This document shows, in pieces, positions 28,730 to 40,501 of a stretch of 64,000 nucleotides of DNA. Location: assembly GCF_009914755.1 (NCBI RefSeq), contig NC_060936.1; one strand, written 5' to 3'. Below the pieces are notes generated by a model that saw only the letters and a program-made list of their open reading frames with translations, ran no database searches and was not told the origin of the DNA. Position 1 is the stretch's first letter; the number at the start of each line of letters is the position of its first letter. A program made the translations under genes and the position numbers. The DNA comes from the human T2T-CHM13v2.0 reference genome, Homo sapiens.

Positions 28730-28992
28730 TGGCCTCATGGTTAGTGCACAGGCTCTGGATTTAGACTGCCTTACCTTTCAAATTCATTCTTTGCTATTTA
28801 CTAACTGTGTGACTTCTGGCAAGTTATCTGACCTTTTCTGAGCTCACTTACCTGGTCTGTAAAATTGAGATAATTATAACATCTCCAGAGGGGTGTAGAA
28901 AGGAGTAAGGGGCTGAAGAAAAAAGGCTAGATGAACCTACACAGCTAATAAAAGAGTGTCTGGTGCATTTTAAATGTGAGCATTAGTTATAA
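28730..28992 (+). mobile_element. MIR SINE
   Basis: ggctctggatttagactgcc...tttactaactgtgtgacttctggcaagttatctgacc...ctgtaaaattgagataat. Confidence 0.75.
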
Positions 28993-29939
28993 ACCTAACC
29001 AAAGCTTTGTATTTCCCTGCATTCTCAGCTTTCTGCTCCTACTTTTACACTTGAGTGTGCTGTGTTAAATCAAGGAATGTAGTCTAAAGTACTAAAATAT
29101 AACATAGTGGAATAGGGCAGAATAAATGTCATGGTATAAATAAATTTTAAATTTGCACGAAAACACAGTGTTAAGTTAAAAAAGTCAAGGGTAGGAAATA
29201 TATAGAGAGGAAGACAGCAAAAGAAAAAAATTGTCTGATACCTGATAATATGATCTAAACTGCCCTTGTTATGCCCTGTTTGAGGCAATCCATTTGACAG
29301 GTTCATCAGAGTATCATTGAAAACCAATTCAATGTATGCATGTATGTGAATTCTCTTTACCATGAAATAAGACCTTGATAAATAAGGACATAAATTCAGT
29401 TTGATCATGTAACCATTATGCAAGCAACCCTATCTCTCATTAAAGGCACAAGCTCCCAGTTAGTAGAACTGTATTTTATATTACTCTCTAAGACTCATAA
29501 AGTGAATAGGCCATTAGCTATACCTATTTTTTTCAGGATTGATCTATTATAGCTATAACATTTAAACTATTTTTCACCAACTTCAGTTGTATTTAAATTG
29601 AACTTACATCCACATAGAAGTGGTTTTTTTCTACTTCCTTTTAGTAAACTGTACTCCTCTATGGGTAATGTGGTAATTTACATGTTTATAAAATTTAGTG
29701 ATTTTTTTTCTCAAAGAAAATATAGCATGTTTATCAAATTCTGAACTTTAATGTTACATGGCATGTCATATGCTTGATGAAAATACATGGGTTTCCAAAA
29801 GTAGAATCTAGCAAATTCCATGAGTTTCATGAAATCAGAATATCATGGCTGGACATTCCCTTGGAAATTTATTAAAACATAAAGGCACTCCTCTTTTAAT
29901 GGGCAGATTTTTTTTTCAGTTTTTTTTTCTTGACACTAT

Positions 29940-30241
29940 TTTTTGTTTCCTTTTTATTTTATTTATTATTATTATTTTTTTGAGACAGAGTCTCACTCTG
30001 TTGCCCAGGCTGGACTGTGGTGGTGCAATCTCGGTTCACTGCAGCCTCTGCCTCCCAGGCCCTCCCAAGTAGCTGGGACTGCAGGTGCGTGCCACCAAGC
30101 CTGGCTGACTTTTGTATTTATAGTAGAAATGGGGTTTCACCATGTTGGCCAGGGTGATCTTGAACTCCTGAACTTAGGTGATCCGCCTGCCTTGGCCTCC
30201 CAAAGTGCTGGGATTACAGGCATGAGGCATCGCGTCCGGCC
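29940..30241 (-). mobile_element. AluS with an internal deletion in the right arm
   Basis: gcctcccagg|ccctcccaagtagc lacks the usual ttcaagcgattctcctgcctcag segment. Confidence 0.92.
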
Positions 30242-30722
30242 TTTTTTTTTTTTTCCTTTTTAAAAAAATCTTCTGCTGGGAGGAGGTGAGAACCAAACCC
30301 AGGCCACTCTTTTGTAGCAGCCCTTAATTTAAACTCTTCCTCTTTTCCAAAACTCTCCTCTTTTGCCCATTTCCAACCTCTGAGGGATTACCCTACCCCC
30401 AAAACAACCTTTTGAAAGTTTGAAACCCATTATTGAAATCCAGATCTTCTTTTTAAAGCCAAATAAAGTAAAGGCCAGAAGGAATGTGAACATTTTGTAA
30501 AGCAACATAGTGATTTAGTAGCTGTGACTATAATTTAGGTTTCCTGTCTTTTTGTTTTGAGTTTTATAGTATATCCTCCTTTACTTTAAGTAACTGAGTT
30601 ACTATCTGCTTAAAGTAATTATAAAGTTTTAAAATGCATATATTTTCTTCTTATATGTGTGTTACATGTAATGCATTGAACTACAAATAGAATTAATTCC
30701 AAAAAGGCTGCTTTACACTTAC

Positions 30723-30824
30723 TCTTGTGTTGTTTCTTTCAGCTTTAAGTTCAGAGATTTCTTCTTCCTTTTCTAGAAGTTGTTCCCTGCAGGCATTTAA
30801 TTCTTTTGTCAGTGCAGCAAATTC
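30723..30824 (-). CDS. PPFIA2: Liprin-alpha-2 internal coding exon, 102 nt, phase 0/0 (exon 5 of the main transcript, from memory)
   Basis: Minus strand reads tttattacttttccag|GAATTTGCT...AACACAAGA|gtaagt. It translates to [34 protein letters not shown], the liprin-alpha N-terminal coiled coil, with residues matching liprin-alpha-2 as I recall it. Canonical AG/GT. Confidence 0.97.
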
Positions 30825-33054
30825 CTGGAAAAGTAATAAAAATATTTGAAGAAATATTCAAGATCTAAAAGCAGAAAAAAATTCAAAATATAAATTTCAA
30901 AATGAAAAGAATGGGGAAAAATGACCCCACTGACTGGTCAACATATGTTGCTGTTATGAAGTATCTTAAATACATTATTCAAAACATGCTAATCCATAAT
31001 ATGTGTCATATGCATTTTATTACAGTACACTGCTTAGATGGGTGTATAAAGTATATTTCAAAATATATCAGATACATCACACTGAGCCTAACGTTAATAT
31101 GATAACTTATTCCTAGAGTAAATTTAAGTTTGGCTAATTTTATGAACAGCTCCCAAAATCTTACACTTTAATTCCTATACAGCAATGTTTATACAGAGTA
31201 CAGTGGATCTTCAGAACAACCGCAAAAAACCCTGCTAAACATGCTATTTTGAAATTAACAAATTTATTTGTTAACAAGATGAAGCAGAGGAATCTACCTT
31301 TTTTTTTTTTTACAAAATAACAAATATGCCTAAGATTTGATAGCATTATCTAAGATTTTCTTATTAATTTGCGTATTGCTCAGTCTTTCTAAAAGGTAAG
31401 CTCCATGTGGACAGGGGCTTTGACTTGTTCACGGTTACACCACCAGTGTCTAAGACATAGTGGGAGCTCAAATGGTATTTATTTTTAGTTGATAGAAATA
31501 GGTCATATTGTTACAAAAAAATTGGGGATTCTGGAGTAATTCTGTCTTCATGTGGTTAATGACACTGTGAAGGAATCTTCATTGGCCTCCTTCCCCTAAA
31601 TGGGATCAGAGATCATATGATATGGTATTTTTACCAATAGGTAGAGAGTTTGTTAACACACAGAAAAGGTTATTTAATAAGAAGACCAAAAAATGCAACT
31701 ATTCTGCTATTCTACCTTATAAACAAATATTTATTTTTTTAAATATAGTAAATAGATCCATATTATCACCAAACCCTTTAGAGTGATTTTCAGTAGTAAC
31801 ACTGATGCTTATCAAATATTTAAGTATTTGGGAAAACTTAGGTCCATGCTGAGAAGTCACTCAGAAGATTAAAAAACATAAAATGAAGGAGACAGGTTTG
31901 GTTAACCTAACCTCCAGGGAGGCAAATTTAATAAAAAGTAAATGAATATGATGATTATGCAAAGCTGGGGAAGGTTTGGAGTTTATATTTTTGTTTGCTT
32001 CAAATCATTTATTTTGCTTAGTTTCTCTAAAGGGCTTCAGCCCAAGTGAGTACTTCAAAGATCTCAGAGTAGGCTTCAGGGCTTAGATTCTAGATGACAG
32101 AGTTTGTTGTTGCTTTTTGGCTGACATAGGGATAAATGTTTTCTTCCCTGATTGCCGCCTGCTTAAATGTTGCTAATACTCTGAGCATATTATTTAGGTG
32201 GTAAATGGAAATAAAGCAAATAGAAAACAATAAACCTTTCTCTAGAAAATAAAATTTTCTTCATATACAGCATAGTTTTGATAGAGAAAAGAAGTGATAC
32301 CTAAAGATTCTTTATTGCACATTATTAACATGTAGGCATTCAGAAAAAATCTTATACTTATGTATATTATAAACATTGACTAAGATAAAACATAACATCT
32401 GTATATTTATCATACTAATTATAAAAAATTTATTCATCTATTAGAATTTTAACATTAGATATCTCTAGGCAGTGAAATTATGAATGAATTTTGGTTTTTG
32501 GCTTCCACCCAAGTATTTCTATCATCAAACTTTTTACAATGGAGAAATATGTTTTCGTGCTTTGAAAATAAGAGAAAATATAAACCTGTAAGTGCACTGA
32601 AACAATCAAGTTTTTAAAGCAGAGGGGAGAAATTAGTGAAGATGTTATAGGCCACAGAAAGCTCGGCCTTTTTTATTATCATGGCACTGATTCTGAGTAG
32701 GCTAGTGACTCCATGTATTAAGATTAGTCTTACATTTACTAACTTCCTAGCAACTTTCAGGCACTACTTTCACATTTATTATACCACCTTGCTCTCTAAA
32801 TACCTAGTGAGGAGGTCTCACTCCCATCTTATGGCTGAGGATACTGAATAATGGTAAGCTGTATGTCTAAGTTCACAAAACTCACAAGCCATAGGGAGTG
32901 AGTTAGCTCTGAGCATCATTCTCCACTGCAAGTTTAGTGCTTTTCTACTATTTCACTTTGAACCTAGTTGTTTGTTGGGTTTATATTATTCAGATCTGGA
33001 GTACATTTAGAGGTACCCTTTTTCCTTATCTGAAACATTAAATAATATTACTAC

Positions 33055-33408
33055 TGATATGGTTTGGCTCTCTGTCCCCACCCAAATCTCACATTGAATT
33101 GTAACAATCCCCACGTGTCAAGGGCAGGAACAGGTGGAGATAATTGAATCATGGGAGCAGTTTCCCTTCATATTGCTTTCCTGATTGTGAGTAAGTTTGA
33201 GATCTGATGATTTTATAAAGGGAAACCGCTTTCATTTGGTCCTCATTCTCTCTTGCTGCCATCATGTAAGAAGTGCCTTTTACCTTCCACCATGATTGTG
33301 TGGCCTCCCCAGTAACGTGGAGCTGTGAGTCCATTAAACCTCTTTTTCTTTATAAATTACCCAGTCTCGGGTATGTCTTTATCAGCAACGTGAAAAAGAA
33401 CTAACACA
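33055..33408 (+). mobile_element. THE1 (MaLR) solo LTR with perfect 5-bp TSD ACTAC
   Basis: TGATATGGTTTGGCT...ccattaaacctc...CTAACACA termini (TG...CA). ACTAC at 33050-33054 and 33409-33413. Confidence 0.95.
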
Positions 33409-33679
33409 ACTACAATTATCTTGCATGATCCCCCTTAATTAGTCCAAGAGTGTGGGGAACTAGAAGGTCCAAAGTATAGTATACCTTCCACACAGAGCAA
33501 CAAGTGTTAGACAAGTTTGTTCTATGTATCTGAGACTGTGTAGAGGCAGATATCTCACATGGAGTTAACCACCAAACATTTTAACACTTTTCCTCTGACA
33601 GTTCTCTTTCCTATACCTATTCTCCTTACTGTGAACATGAACTGAGGCTTACATCATCTTACAAAGATACCACTAACAG

Positions 33680-33890
33680 CAAATAGGGTTAACATTGATT
33701 GCAAACTTACAGTATGTTAGGTCCTCTGCCAAGCAATTTATATTAATTACCTCATCTATCCTAATAACACACCTTAAGAAACTACTAAAATCTCACTGAG
33801 GCCTAGAGAAGTTAAGTACATTGTGCAAAGTTACACACCTAGTCCATGATGGAGCTGGGCTTTGAACCCAGACAATCTAACTCATACTGG
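33680..33890 (-). mobile_element. MIR SINE
   Basis: actgaggcctagagaagttaagtacattgtgcaaagttacaca...gagctgggctttgaacccagacaatctaactc. Confidence 0.75.
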
Positions 33891-34104
33891 GTGATTACGA
33901 TAAGTTGTTTGTTTCCCCTGACCACATTTTCCCTTCTGATTTGTGTTTCAATTTTTGGAAAAATTATATTTCCCAAGGTCATCAAACTTTCAGTGCTTTT
34001 TACCTTCAAATATATCAAATTTAAACCAACTTTAACTTTCAAAATTCAAACCACCCAAAACATAACCCTTTCATAACTAATTAGCTTTATTACTTACAGA
34101 ACAA

Positions 34105-34310
34105 TAGCAACTATTAATACCACTTTGAGCAGTTGGCACTTTGTTTTGCCATGCCCCAAGCTAACCATTTTACATGAATAACTCCATCGACTCCCTATTT
34201 TTCAGATGAGGACACTGAAGCTTAGCAGTGATGAATAACTTGTTCAAGGTCACCGCTCAATATGACCCACTTTGATTCTAAAACGTTTAGATTTCTGCAA
34301 CACTGCCTCC
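34105..34310 (-). mobile_element. MIR SINE
   Basis: cctattttttcagatgaggacactgaagcttagcagtgatgaataacttgttcaaggtcac. Confidence 0.7.
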
Positions 34311-35195
34311 TTCTGGCTAAAAATGGAGTCTCTTTATCAAATGTCTCAAGCATTCTGGGATTATCATCCGTCTAACTATCCAGCCATTCATACAACATTT
34401 GTTGACCACTTACCACATATCAGACCCTGTGCTAGATGCTGAAGATATGAAGATAACATAGAACAGTTGTTGCAGTTGACCTCATAGAAATGTCAGAATT
34501 CACATTTGAGGCCCATCAGGGATCTCCATCATTAACCAGCACTCAAAACCCATCACCAAAGTGCCACACAGAGTAATACCAGTGTATGCCCTTTAGAAGT
34601 CATATGTCCCTCAAAAGCCTCCTTCTTAGATGGTCTATCTTCTGCAACTACTGTGAAACATTTCTCTTTCCTGTTTCCATTTCTACCTTTTCATTTTTTT
34701 CAACTTTTTTTCTTGTTTCTTTCACAAACTACCTACTGTGCCTCAAATACTCTTCATCATCCCTCTGCCTAACTAATTCATTTTTAAAAGCACTAGTTAG
34801 CCTTCTTAATGCTTTAAAATACCTAGTTGTATTGTTTTTATAACTGAATTATGTGTTCGTCTCCTCCACCTAAACAGTACAATCCTTTAAGGCAAGGTTG
34901 TTAGAGTATTTTTATATCCTTAGGTCTTAGCATAGTTCCTGGAAAATTAAGTAAACAGTAAATCCTTGTTGTGATAATAAATAAATGGCTTACTTTCCTC
35001 AAACTTTGGACTTTGATACCAAAATAAATTTAGAAGATATTATTGGAGGTTTTTTTTAAATTTTTCTAAGTGAGATCACTATAATTTGCTTAACATATAA
35101 CAGATATAATATTCTTTTTTACTTTGTAGCTGTTGTTTTGTCTATATTGAAATATGCTATATTCTACACGGCAATGACATTATTGTCTGCCATGC

Positions 35196-35265
35196 TTTTC
35201 TAACATATATATATATATATATATATATATGTTAGAAAACATATATATATATATATGTTTTCTAA
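35196..35265. repeat. Two overlapping perfect palindromes centred on (AT)13 and (AT)8
   Basis: ttttctaac(at)13gttagaaaa at 35196-35239 and ttagaaaac(at)8gttttctaa at 35232-35265. Confidence 0.95.
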
Positions 35266-35477
35266 AAGACCCATACATATATATGTCATTTTGCTCTTTG
35301 TAGTTGTGACTGATCTAATTCTCTTATCTCACTGATTCAAACACACTTCTACAGATTCCTTTTAATTCAGACATGGTGAAGTATGAATAAAGTTTCCTTC
35401 TAAGATTTCTCACTGCTTTAACCTTCTGATAATACTCTGTATTATATATTGTATTCTGTTTCTTACCTTTTTCACTC

Positions 35478-35524
35478 ATATATATGTATGTATGTATGTA
35501 TATGTGTGTGTGTATATATATGTG

Positions 35525-35570
<46 letters not shown>
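35478..35570. repeat. Compound (TATG)n/(TG)n/(TA)n microsatellite
   Basis: Read directly. Confidence 0.92.
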
Positions 35571-35572
<2 letters not shown>

Positions 35573-37019
35573 CGATTACCTGGAAACTGCCAAATTCAAC
35601 AAATTATTCAGAAAATCTTCTCTGATCCTGGTAGTTTCTTCAAAGAGATCTGCAGTATACCTCCCACCTAGGAATAGGCTAGCTCTAGTGCTGAAGCTCA
35701 CTATTATGAAAGCATAATTTTGTGATATAAATATTTGTGTTGAATGCAAAGATACTAGAATGAATGAGAGCATATGCACCTGAGAGAAAATGAATGTGGC
35801 AGGAGAAATAATGAAAATATTTTCTATTCCGTAGTGCTTTGGGCCTATTGCTCTGAATAATTCATGCATTTAAATTTATCATTTGTTCATTGGATCTATC
35901 ACATTGGTCTTATTCATGCTTAAAGTGAAAGTATGTGTTTAACTAATATGGTATTTCTCTAGTCTAGCATTTCTCAAATTATGATTTTAGAACAGTATTT
36001 CCACAAGATTCCCAGAAAGGAATTCACTGGGAACAACCTAGACTTCCATATATATAAAAATGTATGATTTAAATATAGTAAATGTGCATGATGGAATATT
36101 ATGCAAAGGGAAGAATAAACAGGTTAGATCTTTGTACAGCAACATGGAAAGATTTCAAAAATATAATTTTGAGTGAAAAAGGTAAGAAACAGAATACAAT
36201 GTATAACACAGAGTATTATCAGAAGCTTAAAGTAGTGAGAAATCAATGTTAGAAGGAAACTTTATTCATACTTCATCAAGTCTGAATTAAAAGGAATCTG
36301 TAGAAAGAGCTAAGTGTGTTAAAATCAGTGAGATAAGAGAATTAGGTCAGTCGCCAACTACTAAGCATACTCAACAACTTTTCAGACTATTTTGTTCACC
36401 AACCTATGCATGGCAAATACTTTCTTTTTCCAAAGAGCAAAGTGACTTTCCCCACTCTATATTTTGTCCTTTGGAATTTTAAAGAACAGTCAAGATCTAG
36501 ACCACACAGTGCCACAACAGTACCCTCAGCACGAAGGGAGGGGTGCCCTTCTCTTTCTTAGTGTGTCCTCAGGCACATCACAAACACATTTATATGAGCA
36601 CTCACTATGTAGTGGACCCTGTTTTTAGTGCTGGGAAGATGACAAGCAAAGAAGCAAGTTAAAGTCCCTGCTCTTGATATGTTTACATGCATTCAGGGAA
36701 TTAATCATTCAAACTACTTTTCTCTGAAATTAATCTTTTCTAGCCATTTCTATCCCTCTCAATAGTAATTCAGCTCATGGTGTAAAGCAATAGTTTCTTT
36801 ATTTAAAAAAAGAGGAAAATAAAATAACTTTCTTTTCTGTTAATATCTTAAAATTTTGAAAGTATCATTTCTTATACACCAACATAGGACATCTAACTTC
36901 TGTGCACTCCTGAATTTGTTACAAGTCTCTTAAATTACATAAAATCTAAAGCTCTTCTATTTCAGCTAATATTCCCAGTTGTTACCTTTTTACTTATTTT
37001 CTTCCCCGCTCCCATCATT

Positions 37020-37179
37020 TTTTTCTTTTAAAAACAGGGTCTCACCTGTCTTTAAAAAAGGACAGGGGTCTTGCTATGTTGTCCAGCTTATCTCAAACTC
37101 CTGGCCTCAAGCAATTCTCCCACCTCCACATCAGCTTTCCAAAACACTGGGATTACAGGTGTAAGCCACTGAGCCTTGC
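37020..37179 (-). mobile_element. FLAM_C / AluJ left monomer
   Basis: ggggtcttgctatgttgtccag..tctcaaactcctggcctcaagcaattctcccacctc...gggattacaggtgtaagccactgagcc. Confidence 0.8.
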
Positions 37180-39617
37180 TGTTTACTTAACTATCATTTC
37201 TTAAGTACTAAGTATATGCTGGGTACATTGTTATGAACTTTACCTCTATTATGTCGTTTAATCATTATAGCAGTGTTATTATTCACAGAACACAGATGAG
37301 AAAAGTAGAAGAGATTGTTTCCATCAAAACCCATTCTATTGTATGGCAATGCTGGTGCCAACATCCCTGAAACCTGTCATATCCCAGAGCAAAGATAAGC
37401 TGTCTTGTATCTTATCAGTGGTTTCACTCTTTTGTGCTGACTTCTAAGCTAAGGATGAGCTTGAGTAATTCAAGTGTCTGTGCTGCAAATATCTCAAATG
37501 ACAGGCCTTAGGTCAATATGTTGTTCTTAGTGAGTTTAATGAAAAGAGGCTTCTCTTGTTTTGATCTCTGCATATGTTATTTCCAAAGTGAAAAATACAG
37601 GGGCAAAGCATAGATTCACTCAGTTCTTGTGCCTATTTACATTCCTAGACAGGAAATTAAAGAGTGTATAACCTCTTCTGGTCAACTTTCCTCTTGTTTT
37701 TAACGTATGCCTTTTCCACCTGGTATATCACCATAGCCTATCGGGCTACCCATTCTCAGACAGACACAGAGCATTCTATTTTTATACAGGTTCATCTTTA
37801 AACTCATTTTCTGATATTTAGTAATAAACATAATAGAGCTGGAAAAAAAAAAAAAACTTCTAACTTCCCTGACTCATTTCAGATGGTATGCTTACTTGAG
37901 GAGGTTTAATTGAGAAAAAAAATGACATATTTTCTCATTTACTAAATGCTTGAAAGGCTTTGATTTAATAGGTAAGTCCCCACCTCAGGAAAGCTGGTTA
38001 GGAGAAGCTGCATGGTAAGAGGAAAATTCAGCCTTTCAATTTCAAGTCAATGACACCAGACAGTCTCCAGAGAAATCTCTGACAATGCATTCATCTTGAT
38101 TACAATTTTAATACTCTTTACCTTTCAATTAAACCTGCATTTTCTAATCTTGTGGGCCACTTAATTAATGAACTGACAATGGCCTTATTTCTGCAGCCAT
38201 CTATCTGAGTAAGTCCTGCCTTGAAGAATCGTGAGTGCAAACCAGTTTGAGAGAGAAGAGGAAAAATAAATGGTGAGTTGGAATTCAGCTTCACTAAACA
38301 CTGCCAACACCCTCACCGACCACAAAAAAGCATCTTTTAAGTTTATTCTTCAACCATTTGTGCAAATCAAAAATAGCGCTCAGGAAAGCATATGGCATGG
38401 AAGCATGCTGATTTGACCATCTAGCATTTCAATTAGACAAAATTAACTGCTTCAAAATGCTTTTTTTATAATGACTTCCTTAGTCTAGGCCCCTCATTTA
38501 CTGTAGTTTGGTGTTTCCTCCTTTGAACTTTAATAATTCTTCTAGCAATTCTATTTGTAATACTCAGTGGAAAGCTTTGGATTTTAAATCTATTTTTATT
38601 TGCATATAATTTCACATAAATTTACATGTAAAAAAATATGTATGTTTTTCCCCAAACCACAGGACATACTTTCTAGAACCGATTAATAACAGAAGTATTA
38701 CATTTGAGAGATATAAACAAAGCAACAAAAAGATAATATATTTCTCAAATTTTATATCTACACTTAGTATATTTGCTGGTAAAAATTCAGAGGAGTCTTT
38801 AGAAATTCAGTTTGGAAATCATTTAGTTTGGGAAGAAAGGCATATAGAAATTAATACGTAATCATTATATCACTATGTATATGCAATATTTTTATTTTAT
38901 TATGTAATCAAATGCAGTGTTAATGACCTCTGTTTTTATAATTGCCTTCTGGTCTCACATGAGCCCAGGGAATGCTGTCATCCAAAATTACTGTGCAAAA
39001 CAGTAATGTCTCACGGTCAGCCCTGGGCTAGACAGCTTGAAGGTAGAATCGCCTGCATAACTAATGTAATGTGACAGGCACAACTGGACTCAGAATTTTC
39101 ACAAAAATCATTGGGTAAGATGGCTCAAGTTAAAAGAAAACTGGGTTTAAATTCCATGTGCATTATATTTTGTGCCCCCTTGAATTTTTATGTATCTATA
39201 TTCTAATTAGAAAGCTTTTTGGTCTTTTTCCTAAAACTGCATAATAGAAGACTATGTTAACATATCATGGTGACTTGGGGGATGCAAGCCTATTTAAAAT
39301 CCAACATGCTACAAAAGTCATTCCCTTGGTAGATGTGTACTTGGATACTTAGTAACTTTTGTTTTCAAAATCTTCTAATCAAGGTACTTAGAATCTTTCA
39401 AAAAGTGGATGTTTGTGGAAATCAAAATTGTCAAGCAGTCTCAGGCTGTCTGTCCATCAAGCCATGAATCATTCACTATGCTCCTACTGAAACGTACCTA
39501 TCTTATATCTTATTCCCACTCTGCTTTGCTTTGTGGACACCAATTTCTCAATGTATATAGAGAGCTGCCCCAGGTATTAGGCTTTCTTTGACAATAGCTT
39601 GCTAGAGATGAGTCAGC

Positions 39618-39683
39618 TTGTTTTTAAACCCTGGAGAGCCGGTACTACAGATTGTTTTTAAATCCTGGAGAGGTCACTACAGA
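39618..39683. repeat. Imperfect two-copy tandem duplication (34 and 32 bp)
   Basis: ttgtttttaaaccctggagagccggtactacaga / ttgtttttaaatcctggagaggtcactacaga. Confidence 0.9.
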
Positions 39684-39805
39684 TTGGTTGGGAACGTATT
39701 TGGAGGCAAGGTAGGGTTTTCTCAGTATCCCCACAATGGCTGTTCTGCTGCACTGCATTGCTTCTGTGGGCCCTAGTCACATTTGTCTTCTTGGGCCCAT
39801 TCATC

Positions 39806-39919
39806 TATTAAAAAATATATATAATTTTTAATATATATAATATATTATATTAAATATAATATATAATAAATAATATTAAATGTAATAAATAATATACATA
39901 AATATATATATATTAAAAA
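39806..39919. repeat. Almost pure A/T low-complexity tract (~110 bp)
   Basis: Read directly. Confidence 0.9.
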
Positions 39920-40327
39920 CCATGCAGTTTTTTTCTTTAATGGTAACTGAAACGTAACTCGAGATTCACCTACCCAAGGCTCATTTTACTCATTGCCCTT
40001 TTTCTTTGGAAGGCACTAATACTGAAACTAATTTTATATCAGGGACAAGAGGATTATCTTCAAGCATAATAATAAAAAAGAGAGAGTTCTACTATATCAT
40101 TAGCAAACTAGCATGGCAGAAGTGATTGACATTAGTGTGATACAGTAAAAATACTCAGCACATTTTTGGAGAGAATATATCTTACTGTACCCCTCTGTTC
40201 CTGTGTTCCTGCAGTAATTCTTGCTGATCAAAAATTTACATTACGACTACCTAAGACACATCAAGTGACATTCTATAATGTTAATGTATATAAGGGTAGA
40301 GCCTATGAGGAAATTCTCTAGATATCA

Positions 40328-40501
<174 letters not shown>

